DNA of 35,752 nucleotides from Paraglomus brasilianum (taxonomy: Eukaryota). Positions 11,404 to 22,895 of this stretch are shown in pieces. The notes beneath the pieces are model-generated. The model did no database searches. It was not told the DNA's origin and saw only the letters and a list, made by a program, of their open reading frames with translations. The translations under genes and the position numbers were made by a program. The number at the start of each line of letters is the position of its first letter. Position 1 is the first letter of the stretch. The DNA lies in contig CAJVPI010000315.1 of assembly GCA_910592345.1 (NCBI GenBank), positions 1 through 35,752 on the forward strand, read 5' to 3'.

Positions 11404-12477
11404 ATGTCCACTCAACCATCTGAGAAAGCTCAAGCGTTCATGATGCATATTGTCAAAATACTCAATAATGGAGCGCTTACCCTGATGATATCTCTCGGCC
11501 ATCGTACTGGTCTCTTTGATACTCTTGCGACAATCTATCCAGAATACGTCTCGTCACAAGCCCTTGCCGATAAAGCTAAACTCAATGAACGCTATGTCAG
11601 GGAATGGCTGGGAGCCCTGGTAATTGGGGATATTGTTGAGTATAATAGTGAATCAAAGACTTATAGACTTCCTCAAGAACATTCGCAGTTCCTTACAAGA
11701 GCGTCTGGGCCTCAAAACCTTGCCATCTTTGCTCAATACATTGCGATTCTTGGATCTGTCGAAAATGGCATTCTTGAATGCTTTAAAAATGGCGGTGGAT
11801 TGCAGGAAAGCGAATATCCTCGAATTCAAGAAGTCATGGCCGAAGAAAGATACCTGTCCGTTGGCTCCATATTGCATACTGTCGTTCTTCCTGGTCTTAC
11901 TGTGCTACACGACAGACTTAACAAAGGAAGCAAAGTGCTCGATGTTGGTTGTGGACGCGGTCAAGTAATTATCGATCTTGCCAAAACCTTTCCAAACAGT
12001 ACTTTCGTCGGATATGACAGATCGACCGAAGCAGTAGCTGTCGCCAATGCGGATGTCGCGTCTGCTGGTCTTACTAATATCTCCTTCCGCGTACAAGATA
12101 TTTCCAAGCTGAAAGAAGCTGGCGAATACGACGTCATCCTTGCTATGCATACTATCCACGATTTAGCTGACCCAGTGAACGCACTAAAGGGTATCCATCG
12201 TGCGTTGAAGGCAGACGGAGTATTTATAATGCAGGACGTTGGTCTTTCAAGCGATCTCGAGAAGAATAGGCCTCACCCTTTCGGTACTGCGATGTATAGT
12301 GCTAGCACCATGTGTTGTGTGCCCAGTTCTTTGGTAGACGGTGGACCGGGTTTAGGCGCTTGCTGGGGAACAGAAACTGCTTTAAAAATGTTAAAGGAAA
12401 ATGGATTCAGCAAGACCGAAGACAGCGTTGTGTTTCCACATGATCCTCTGGGCGTCTGGTTTATCAGTTGGAAATAA
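11404..12477 (+). CDS. Class I SAM-dependent methyltransferase with N-terminal winged helix (Rv2258c-like)
   Basis: Intronless 357-aa ORF. SLGHRTGLFDTL and LNERYVREWL in the N-terminal domain, SAM motif VLDVGCGRG, IHDLADP, C-terminal GLGACWG. TATAAATA near 11321. Confidence 0.9.
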   Translation: MSTQPSEKAQAFMMHIVKILNNGALTLMISLGHRTGLFDTLATIYPEYVSSQALADKAKLNERYVREWLGALVIGDIVEYNSESKTYRLPQEHSQFLTRASGPQNLAIFAQYIAILGSVENGILECFKNGGGLQESEYPRIQEVMAEERYLSVGSILHTVVLPGLTVLHDRLNKGSKVLDVGCGRGQVIIDLAKTFPNSTFVGYDRSTEAVAVANADVASAGLTNISFRVQDISKLKEAGEYDVILAMHTIHDLADPVNALKGIHRALKADGVFIMQDVGLSSDLEKNRPHPFGTAMYSASTMCCVPSSLVDGGPGLGACWGTETALKMLKENGFSKTEDSVVFPHDPLGVWFISWK

Positions 12478-13692
12478 CAGTTGCCAGTGCTGAGGATTAA
12501 AGGTGATAGAGTCTACTGATAATCTATGTTAATATAGTTGGTTAGCACATACATTTATTAAACTTAGCTATGATTAAATATAGCTTTAAAAGTTAATTAT
12601 CACTTACATGAGCCTGTGCTTGCATTGAATTCTACGAAAACGGTTCTGAAGCTTTGACTAAGATTTACGTTGAAATTAAATACCGCAAATAATGTCTCAT
12701 GTCTGTTATTCACTGAAGAAATTAGTGTCTTTATATATTACTTGAACTCGTTCTTAACGGTGCTATAAAAGATTCGATCAAAGTCGGTATTCTTGTAATC
12801 CATGTTTCAATGTAAAGGTCGGGCACGTTTGCTAAGAACAAGACTTAAAGATGTCGTGTTAACATTTTATTTGTATCAATACGGGGTGTGTCTTTCTGTC
12901 GGCTCGTAACGTAGTGGCTACATAACAAACTTCGTGAGATTAATACAAAAGAACTATCTAATGTTTACAGTCTTTTAGCATATGTTCATATATAAATATA
13001 TGTATGCGGGAGAAATAACTAAATACTATTCGCTCATTCCAGAGTTAAATCTTATTCCTTAATTTGATGCCTGGTTCTTTAGTTAATTAAGCTGGGGACT
13101 CTGAACAAGTTATTAAAGAGAATATTAATTATATTCTTTTCATACAATTAGAAGTTTCCTCTATTTACAAGAGAGTTATTGTCGTACGCATAGTTGTCGT
13201 TTTCCATACGGCAATGCATTTTGAAAGGTTCAAACAAAATGTGGTAAATTCTATTCGCCGATCTCAATTTTAGTCGTACACATGCCGATCAGGGTAAGAG
13301 TTAATGCATAGAATTAATACACCCGAGTTCTGCTTTCAGACAAAGATACGTTGTAGGGAGACAAACCCGTTTCATGCCCTGAAACCGCAAAAGCCCTTTG
13401 AATGGTGCAAAGAGTGCTATAATGCAATTGCAAAGAATGGGACATAATATTCCTTAACAATACTCTCAAATATCACGTGGTTGATAACAATACAAAACCG
13501 TGTTTTGATTGGCCTATTACAATATTTAAAAACATTGGGCACAAGGACTAATCGCTGCCTCTTGCTCTTTGCTCAGCTTGGACGAGGGGTTAGTGACAGG
13601 CTCGATCTCATATAGCTTACTGAACACGTACATATTTACTACATTTTGTCGACATGTTCTAACCAGTTCACTTTTTGTCATATCTAGCAAAA

Positions 13693-16227
13693 ATGGCAAA
13701 CAGGTACAACAACTCAACTCAAGGACAATTTAGACCTAGTATGCAACCATCCGCACAACCAAGGCCACAAGCTATCTCAACTTTACAACAACAAACACAA
13801 CAAACGCAACAGCAACAGCAACAGCAACAACAACAACTTCTTAGTTTCCAGTCGAGAGTGCTAAACCAATCGGGAACCATGGTTAATCAAAGACTTTCAA
13901 TTAATCAACCGCGGCCAAACTCCATAGTTCAACCGAACGTCAGCCACTCTATTGTACGACAACAGCAAATGATTAGCGTATCTCGTTCGCAACTCCAAAG
14001 ATCCGTTATTCAACAGAGTAGACAAGTATCGATGGTTCATCAACCGCAAAGGCAATATTTTCAGCAGCAGCAACAGGAAAGATCGGGAGAAGGATCATTT
14101 ACACAGTTTAAATTAAAATCTTCTTCTATAAAAGCAAAAAACAAGGTAAATCTTATGAATTTTATATCATCCAAGCGTGTTGATCCAAGCCTGTTCACCC
14201 CACCCGTTAAGCTTGTGCGGCGAGATCCAAGTGCGCCTCCTCGCAATCAAGCAACTGCCTCACCTGTTGAAAACGCCATAATTAACACGCCAACTCCAGG
14301 TCCATCAGCAAAAGCACCTGGTACAGATACATCCCAAATAGCACCATACGGTAATGCCACCAGAAATCGCCAAAATCTGTTCAAAAAAAAAACGAAACAA
14401 GTCCACATTGCGCCAGAAGAATCTAGGAAGCTCAGAGCAGAAGAAGAAAAACCATGGGTTCTCGAAGATTACGACGGAACAAACACTTATATTGGCGAAC
14501 TCGAAGGCGGACAACGAGCTAATTATGCCCTGTTTCTCCTCACAGACGATGGTTTCAAAGTGGTGTGCGTAGATAAATGGTATAAATTCAAACCAAAGAT
14601 CAGACATCGTACACTGACTATAGAAGAAGCCGAAGAGGCTATTGCGAAAGCAGCTAAACGTGACAATGACCGTTGGATGATGCACAAATGGAGTAAATCA
14701 GCGGAGGATGAACAGCTCGAAGCAAAAGAAGGAGGCATATTTGACCGAAAATCAACCCTGAAAACAGTCGAAACGTATGATGACGATTTATTTGGGGAAG
14801 AAGATGACGAAGAGGCACATGTTAATAAGCGGAAAGTTCGGGGTGACGTTGATGAGGAGTGGGACTTTGATGAAGTGTTTGAAGATGACGAGGAAGCTCC
14901 CGCTGAAGTAAAAGACGAAGAGGAAAAAGAGGTCGAGAGGAGACAAAAGAAATCAATGAGGAAGGGTTCGGATGATGAAGATTTGGAGGAAGAGGTACCG
15001 GAAACACTCACATCTACTGGTAAACAGATGAAGAAACTCGTGCGCTCTCTGGAGGAAAACGAAGCGTATGTTAGTGATAAAGAAGAAGATCCCTATGCTA
15101 GTAGTGTAGAAGAAGAGGATACTGAAGATGAGGAAAAATCGTCTGGTGAACTCGGTAAGACTACATCAGGTACAGCAACACAGAAACCGCCACAAATAGC
15201 ACCGAAAAGTAAGGCTGGCAGTACGACCAAGGTAGGCACTGTCCCCCAAAAAACCAGACCAACCACCGGCACAAAGCTGCCCACAGATTCGAAAAATAAA
15301 ACCGTCCCTTCCAAATCAAAACCATCAGCCATTTCTAAATCAACGGCAGATGCTAAAGGTAAACCTGTGTCTGCCGCACAAAAGACAAAGGATGGTACGA
15401 AGCTCTCTCAATCGCATAAATCAAAGTCATCCCAGCTTTCTCACCAGAAGCTATCGGCCGTGCCTCGATCTCAATCACCTGTACCCCCAATGCGCACCAA
15501 TGCGTCTGTTAACGGATCACAAGCAGTATCACCAGGATATGTTTCGTCATCGAATAGTGTTAAATCGCCGACGAATACATCTGATGTTACTGGAGCAGCG
15601 GCAGGAAAAGCAGGATTAGTAGCAAAACGCAAGCCTGCTGCTTCGACATCACAGTCTGGTACCGAAACAAGTGGTATTCCACAGAAGCGTTCTCTGCCAA
15701 AAGTCTCCACACAGCCAGCAAAGAAACTTAAATCGGATACTGGCGTTGATGTTAAGCCTGTCTCATCTTCCAAACCTAAAATTAACATTGTTATGGGACG
15801 GTCTACTTCTGAGACTTTTGCAGAATCGAGGGATGCTCCCAGGAAATTAAAAATTACTACATCAGCGTCATCAGCCTCCTCGACAGCTTCGCAAACCAAA
15901 CCGTCGTCTCAAAATAAACCACCATCTCAAAATAAACCACCATCTCAACCCAAGCCATCGTCCCAACCCAAGACGTCAACACAGACTGGACAGACTCCTC
16001 GGCCTTCTCAAGCGCCTACAACTAACTCTTCTTCTGCTGTAATTACAGAGGCGGAGGTCGTGCGTATCATTTCAAGTAGTCCGCAGATGACTACACGGCA
16101 GTTGATCAAAGAATTAAAAGATAAAATAAAGAAAGATGATCGAAACCGAGCAATTCTGAGGGAGTTGGTAGCACGAGTAGGCGTTATTAGTGGAGATGGA
16201 TTTCTTGTCTTAAAGAATAGAGAATAA
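13693..16227 (+). CDS. TFG1: TFIIF large subunit (Tfg1/RAP74)
   Basis: Uninterrupted ORF from ATG 13693. Conserved core PWVLEDYDG...GFKVVCVDKWYKFKP...TLTIEEAE, acidic region, C-terminal winged helix ITEAEVVRII...MTTRQLIKEL. Confidence 0.92.
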   Translation: MANRYNNSTQGQFRPSMQPSAQPRPQAISTLQQQTQQTQQQQQQQQQQLLSFQSRVLNQSGTMVNQRLSINQPRPNSIVQPNVSHSIVRQQQMISVSRSQLQRSVIQQSRQVSMVHQPQRQYFQQQQQERSGEGSFTQFKLKSSSIKAKNKVNLMNFISSKRVDPSLFTPPVKLVRRDPSAPPRNQATASPVENAIINTPTPGPSAKAPGTDTSQIAPYGNATRNRQNLFKKKTKQVHIAPEESRKLRAEEEKPWVLEDYDGTNTYIGELEGGQRANYALFLLTDDGFKVVCVDKWYKFKPKIRHRTLTIEEAEEAIAKAAKRDNDRWMMHKWSKSAEDEQLEAKEGGIFDRKSTLKTVETYDDDLFGEEDDEEAHVNKRKVRGDVDEEWDFDEVFEDDEEAPAEVKDEEEKEVERRQKKSMRKGSDDEDLEEEVPETLTSTGKQMKKLVRSLEENEAYVSDKEEDPYASSVEEEDTEDEEKSSGELGKTTSGTATQKPPQIAPKSKAGSTTKVGTVPQKTRPTTGTKLPTDSKNKTVPSKSKPSAISKSTADAKGKPVSAAQKTKDGTKLSQSHKSKSSQLSHQKLSAVPRSQSPVPPMRTNASVNGSQAVSPGYVSSSNSVKSPTNTSDVTGAAAGKAGLVAKRKPAASTSQSGTETSGIPQKRSLPKVSTQPAKKLKSDTGVDVKPVSSSKPKINIVMGRSTSETFAESRDAPRKLKITTSASSASSTASQTKPSSQNKPPSQNKPPSQPKPSSQPKTSTQTGQTPRPSQAPTTNSSSAVITEAEVVRIISSSPQMTTRQLIKELKDKIKKDDRNRAILRELVARVGVISGDGFLVLKNRE
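15889..15975 (+). repeat. In-frame 18-bp tandem repeat (about 5 units, SQxKP[S/P]) within TFG1
   Basis: tcgcaaaccaaaccgtcg / tctcaaaataaaccacca x2 / tctcaacccaagccatcg / tcccaacccaagacg. Confidence 0.8.
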
Positions 16228-16597
16228 TTTTAGAGATCAGTAGAGCGTTGTTTGAAAAGATAACATTCTATAGATATAAAAGGGAACATTGACCTAATTG
16301 TTTGAATAAAGACAAAAAGGCGCGATGAGCCTTTTTGTTGCTTTCAATGATGTGTGTTTTTTGGCGATATTAATGGCTTATCTATCCCCATTGTAAATAG
16401 AGAATTTACTTTAATTGTTCTTTTTATGTTTTTGTAAAAAAAGAAATAAAAAATTTGCATAACTATTCTCTTGGTAACGTGATATGGTCACATGCTAGCC
16501 ACACAAAATTTTTTATTTCCACTAGAATGTAGGCTACTTGTTCATTCTCTTTTCACATCCATTGCTTGGCTGATTACCTTTTAACGAATTGACAGCA

Positions 16598-17231
16598 ATG
16601 GCTCAACGCCTCACATATAGACGACGTTTATCCTACAACACTCGGTCGAATAAAGTGAAAGTCGTCAAAACGCCTGGTTAGTAACGATCCGTCGTCTCCA
16701 GAGGTCGTACATTTAAAAGTCGTTTATGCAAAGTGAATATTGTTGACAGGTGGCAAGTTGACGTATCTTTACAAGAAAAAGCAAGCCAAAGGTCCAAAAT
16801 GCGGTGATTGTGGGAATCGACTTCCAGGGGTAAGAATGAGTTTCGAAATGCTATAAGTGAAGAGGGAAAAGCAAGATTTTTCTTTATCTGTCTATTAAAT
16901 AATCGTTAATTATAACTATCATCAATGATTTCTCTTTTTTTTTATGCCAATTGAATAGATTCCAGCTCTTCGTCCCCGCGAATATGCTCGCATTAGTAAA
17001 CGACAAAAGACAGTCACGCGAGCTTATGGTGGAAGTCGGTGTGCCAGATGCGTGAGGGATCGGTGCGTCGTTGATTTCTATACAAGTTTTGCAACTTTTG
17101 TTGGCAAGATTTCATTCGCGTCGTACTCATTTTTTTTGCATTATAGCATCGTTCGTGCTTTCCTCATTGAGGAGCAAAAGATCGTTAAGAGGGTCATAAA
17201 ACAACAGAGCAAACCGGGGGGCAAGAAATAA
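16598..17231 (+). CDS. RPL34: 60S ribosomal protein L34 (eL34)
   Basis: Exons 16598-16676, 16750-16829, 16959-17062, 17147-17231. [18 protein letters not shown]...KTPGG...PKCGDCG...RAYGGSRC...[11 protein letters not shown]. Probable 5'UTR intron at 16529-16595. Confidence 0.97.
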
Positions 17232-18783
17232 TGTACCAAACAGACATTCATTAAAGCTAATGTTCACGTGTGTTATTGGAATATATATCATGTTCGTGGC
17301 TACATATTGATTACTGACTGTCATGCATAAGGATTTGGTGAACTTTCAACATAGATGGATGATATCAAACATTTGCTTAATGACCTGATCCTGGATATTG
17401 ACCATTGCTCAATCATGTGAGGACATCTAGACGTGACCCTTTATTTAAGCCTCTTCTGGGCCTTATCTGTAGCTACGGCCCTCGGTGGTGCTTCCCTGAT
17501 CCCAATTGACCTAACGCCGGCGTCTAGAATGTACTTTTTTCACATGCTCAACGGATTGTGTCTTGTGTCCGAGGGGTTCCAATTATCGAAAGTCTAATAC
17601 ATAAGAGCATAACGTGGGGGAAATAAAGTAATATGAGGCGCACGATAAGTGTCTGTTGATCTACGAGGACAAAAAGCTCAGCTGAACACGACCCTTTTGA
17701 CTAACTTGGCTAACCTTATTATTTATTATATCAAGAGAATCAAAACAATCCCTTCTATTAATACCTCATCTTTCTGTTCGTAAACAAATGTTAGCAAGTT
17801 GCGGATCTCCCAATTATCTTGACAACTCAACTTATGTTGACGATGAGAATCGTAGGAAGTTATCTTGGAATTTTGAATTTTATATAAATAGACCTCGTTA
17901 AACGGACCGATTATACAGATTAGTTAGATGGTATTTTGAGTCTAGTATAGATCCAGTTGACACTGTACTAAAACCATGTTCTCTATACTAGCTTATTGAT
18001 TCTTTGCAATGGCAAATGTGTCTACTCGGAACGATTCGTTTAAATCTGTCACAATCATTATTACAGTAAAAGGTTTGAAGAGTCAATGTATGGGCAATTT
18101 CTTGCCATTAATTTTTCCGCGGTAAATATTTGATCAAATCAAGTAGGCCTGAATATGAACAACGATCAGAGTGTATGCCGAAGGATAATCTTGTATAAAT
18201 TCGACAATTTTAAATATCATTCGTGCCTTATTCGGGTAAATGAACGGATATTACTTTTTCGGATGGTGGCCGTGACAACGGAACGTTCTGTCACGAAACT
18301 AAAACGGTATTCCATACTTTATTGGCATATCAATGCAATAATAATAGTAGACTCTACTTGTTCAACTGGATCAGGAAAACTAGACGAGACATATGTTTGA
18401 TATGTCTAATAATCGTCTGATAATGCTTAGCTCGTCCCGAATATACGCTCAAAGAAAATATGCAGCAGTGATTTCTTCACTGGTGACATTGATTGAATTT
18501 TTCACACACCCACTTTCTCGTAGTATAGACATTTTTTAGAAACAACGAAATATATTGTACTTGGTGTTAATTCTTGTCCTTTCCGGCGTGTCATACTCGG
18601 AAATTCAATCAAAAATCAACAAACCAATGCCTCATTATACTATTATCATTATAAACGACTCAATACCCAACACTACGGCAAGTCCTGTCTGCGAATAAAG
18701 CATTTGCTAAATTACATATGAAATACCAATCGCACTCAAATTTGTACACCTAAGAAGACACCTTGGACAACGGCAACGGCGGT

Positions 18784-19407
18784 TTATTTTGAATGCACTT
18801 TCATATAACCAAACCTACAAATCAACGATTTACGGTCGATTTAGTGTAAACTCTCATAAGAATTACAATAATGCTCGCGCACAATCTCTTTTTTTTTGTT
18901 CGTCACGATTCCCCTTCCTTACCATTGCCAACCATAAAAAGCAGACAGTCCAATGCTGCCAAACGTGATAAAACTTTTGTTGAGCGGTCTCTGTCCTTTA
19001 TATATCCATCCAACAAACAGACCAGCCAGAACAACGTCAATTGCAACATTTAAAGCAATCATTTTCCCAGTCAACTCTTTCTTTGGTTTATCTTTTTTAA
19101 TATCTCTTGTCCTTGTTGTATTCTTCCGCCTCTCCTCGTGTTCCCCACTGTCCTCATTGTCGCCCTCTCGTAGAGACTTTAAAGTTTCCGGAGAGACATC
19201 TCGTCTTTTCAAAGTGGCAGAATAGTTCTCTCCAGTCTTGTCTTCGACTTCTGAGCTTTCTGAGAATTGGTTTGTCGCGCTGGAGGAGGTTTGAGAGTTA
19301 ACAGCGTTCTTTGCTTCGATTATAATATTAGCTTCGAGGTTTTCATACGAAGAGTCAAGCGAGGGCAGCGGAGGTTTTCGTGCTGCATCGGCGTAGGAGA
19401 ACGACAT
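18784..19407 (-). CDS. 171-aa membrane protein, mitochondrial outer membrane OM14-like (tentative)
   Basis: Exons 19407-18923 and 18814-18784. N-terminal SYADAARK, charged middle region and two C-terminal hydrophobic segments; architecture recalled from fungal OM14-like proteins. Confidence 0.6.
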
Positions 19408-20538
19408 TGGGAAATAGGGAAAATTTAGATGTGCACGTATAGATTTAATTACAGTTAAAAATGTGTATTTGGGGATCAAATTTTTAAATAAAAAATAAGC
19501 CACAGTACGCCACGTATAGATTAGATAATAGAATATGACGTCAATTAATCAGTAAACTATATTTGATCACGTGTCTTACGTAGCCATGCAATCAATTGCC
19601 TTTTGGCAAGGCAGTTATTCTATGATGAGATACGAAAGTGAACATGTATTGAAGAGATTCGACAGAGTTCTGAACCTGCAACTCACAATTACTTGTGATT
19701 GCTACAGTTAATTTAACTTTGTCTACTTCGCTTGTAATAAAGAAAGAGTTTGAAAAACAATGAACAAGGTAAATAGATCATAATGCATTATCTACAAAGG
19801 TCGATTCAACCATATTATCAATGCAAGCATCTCTAGCTTACAGTCCGTTAGTAATTTGTATACAGATGTCGGCATTATAAATTGCTGAAATGATTGGGCT
19901 CTTTTTCGATGAAAGCTTTCGCAATTAAACATAATAAATGCAGCCCCTATATTAATATTAAATTACAGATTTTATGCAAAGCGATCATGGAGAAAGAGTA
20001 AGAAATAACCAACATTATTACATGGATAAATATTTTACCTTGAATCTTATCCAAGTTGGGAGCAAGACTGTCTATCACTGCTTGTTCAGGGATAACACAT
20101 GGGATACCCCTAACACATGTTATGCTGGTACTTAATGTTGAAACTGCACATGTCGGATGTTAAATTTGAAAATTTATAATTAAGAATCATAATGAATAGT
20201 ACTGTTATTACTGCAATCAGAGAGCATTGTTCATGTGGCAACATTTCTTCACTCAAATCAACTTTTGCACATGAAACCAATTGCTTGACTATCAGTGTTG
20301 ATACGGTTCTTAGATTTATGTAAGATGCAAAGTAATGGAAGAGCTGCAATGACCAATAAACAGAGCTGTTCGGTTTGCCAAGTTGCTTTTGTCGTTGTAG
20401 ATACAACACTTGGCGAAAACAATATTAAATTAACCAGTTTATTTACTTTTATTACAAAATTCACAATTATACGACAGTTCCCATTCTATAAACAAATTAA
20501 ATACTAATGTCTATATCAAGTCTATCCACGTCTTGTGC

Positions 20539-22297
20539 TCAATCACTGTTATTCCCAGTGATATCAAAGTCCCGTACAATTGTTTTCTTGCCAATTTTTG
20601 GCAAACTCTTGACTCTCTTTACTCTGTTACCCGATTCTCCTCTATTTTCGCTCCTTTGTCTCGTTACCGACAACCGTCTTCTAGAACTATTATTCCGCAT
20701 GAGATTAGGTAACGTTAGCGAACGTTTAATCTTGTGACTATCATCTGTGTTCATATGAACAACTAACGTAGGGTTGTACTTCCGTCCGCTCATGCTATTC
20801 CGACTTATCGTTTTTACAGTATCTCTTCGTATCAAAATAGCTTGCGAAATATTGGTAGAGGTTGGCTCTAGCGACTCGGAGTCTTCTCCGAATATTTTTT
20901 CACTTGCATCAGCATTTGTTCCTTCAGAATCAGATCCAATTTCCCCGGCATCAATAAGCACGTCATCATCTTCTCCCTTTCGATCTTCTTGCTCGCTGCT
21001 ACTATCTTTCGGGCCTTCATCCTTGATCTTATTAACAGGGTCGATACTACCAGCGCCAACATGATCATCAACATTAATAGTCCATTCTTCATTTGATCTT
21101 TCCTCGTGCTTATTCTCAATCTCAGCTCCACTGTCAAACGACAACAACATAGACGTCCGTGTTGGCAATACCGGTTCAACTATCGTTGCTCTCGCCAGAC
21201 TCACCGGACGTATGAACACTGCCGATTGTATAGTATATGGTTCTGGCAACGCGGGTTCCGTTGATGTTGTCGACATTACTGACGTTCGGAAAGATGGAAA
21301 TCCAGATGGTTCACCAAGGACGACTAGCCGAAGAAAGAGAACAGAAGTTAGGATCATTCCAGGATCCGAGTTGAAGAATTTGAGAGTTGGGTTGGGTAAA
21401 ACAAGAATCATAACAAGGGTAATGGTGTGGATGAGGAATATGAGAGCCAAGTGAAAGACGCCCTGGAATTTCAAAAATATTTGTTAGTCATAATTTGTTT
21501 ACGATTTTGGGGTATCTAACAGTGGTTGGTGAACTAATTTCTTGGGAAAATGCATCAATATAATTATACTCACATCCTCCAAAGCAATCTTGGAAATTGG
21601 CCTTTTCTGAGATTCGCTATCATTCGTACTCTTGTTGCAATTATTGTTCCAAACTTTTATCATGATTGCAACAAGCACAATGCCACAGAACACACTCATC
21701 ATAGCAAATCCATAGACGACCCCGCTTTCGACATTTGTATAGCTACAATTGCCACCATTCTCGACGATAGATTCACCGTACCATGGTATGTTTACAAAGT
21801 GTAATGTAAAAGTGCAACCACCCACAAGAAATAGTGTACAAAAGAGGTGGTGACTGCATGGATAGAAGTAATAGAAACGAGAAAGTAGAATGAATATCTG
21901 AATAAATATCCCCGTTGCGCAGAATGCGTTCAGAATGTTGGAGAAGAGTGTACAGAGTGTCGACGCAAAAGACCATGGGTAGTGGGTAAGAATAACCGAT
22001 ATGACAAAGAGTAAAGTGTTCACTCTTAAGAATAGAAATAATTATTGTGCGTTAGATATGATATATAGCTTGGGTTGTTTTAGATTGATTGACTTACTTT
22101 ATTAGCAAATAAAATAACACTTCGAACGAGCGCCATTTCTTCTTCTTGTACCAGTTTTGATAATCGGATCTTAAATATACTAAAGTGTCGTAGACATACA
22201 CGGCAATTGCACATGATACATATATCTGTAGTGCGAATATCTGTCGTGACTGGCTTTTGGTCAGCGGAACTTGTGGTGAGGTTGTTAGCGTTGCCAT
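20539..22297 (-). CDS. Multi-pass membrane protein, DUF6533-like N-terminus, long disordered C-tail
   Basis: Exons 22297-22098, 22024-21574, 21462-20539 join in frame. AVYVYDTLVYL...WRSFEVLFYLLIK and LEDGVFH motifs; about 7 hydrophobic segments. Confidence 0.75.
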
Positions 22298-22326
22298 GCC
22301 TTTATTGCATATGCAAGAAAGGGTAG

Positions 22327-22428
22327 GAGGAATAGGGAGTGAAGAGAGTGAGGAATAGGGAGTGAGGAATAGGGAGTGAGGAATAGAGAGTGAGGAATAG
22401 AGAGCGAGGAATAGAGAGTGAGGAGAGT
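22327..22428. repeat. 14-bp minisatellite GAGGAATAG(G/A)GAGT
   Basis: Six full units plus two 9-bp partial units, starting 30 bp upstream of the ATG at 22297. Confidence 0.95.
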
Positions 22429-22895
22429 CTTAGTCGATAAGACGTCTAATACAGTGTGTTTCTATTCCTCGGGGGTTTCTCTTTAAAGAAATGAATAGGG
22501 TCGGTTAAAGAAAGGAAGAGAAAAGAATAAAAGAGGGAACCTGCCCTCTTATTTTATAATCCAAACAGTAAAAAACTCCAGTTTGTGAGCGATTGGTTGT
22601 TTGACAGGACAGTTTTATATGCAAGCGGTTTATGGTAGTGCTAATACTATTTGGGTTAGGTTGAATTAACAAATCAAATAAATTGGAATCATAAATCACT
22701 TGGCTGCATCAATTCCAAATCAAAGGATCGAATAAATGTGGTCCATACGCAAGATTACAATTATGTATACTAATACCTGATTCGTATTGTGTGTTATTTT
22801 ATTATGAGTGGATGTGAGTAATCTACATAATTACTATAGAAGGTATGCAATATCTGTTTACATTCTAAATATTATATAACTAATATAATGTAATT

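Noticed and set aside
14061..15899. Antisense and alternative-frame ORFs over TFG1
   Set aside because: Shadow ORFs of a low-complexity coding region.
17443..17593. Minus-strand frame with an in-frame TGA (…PLSM*KKYILDAG…) as a possible selenoprotein
   Set aside because: No resemblance to known selenoprotein families, no CxxU context, and the downstream stem lacks a canonical SECIS core.
22327..22428. Possible CRISPR-like array
   Set aside because: Units are directly adjacent with no unique spacers; it is a minisatellite.
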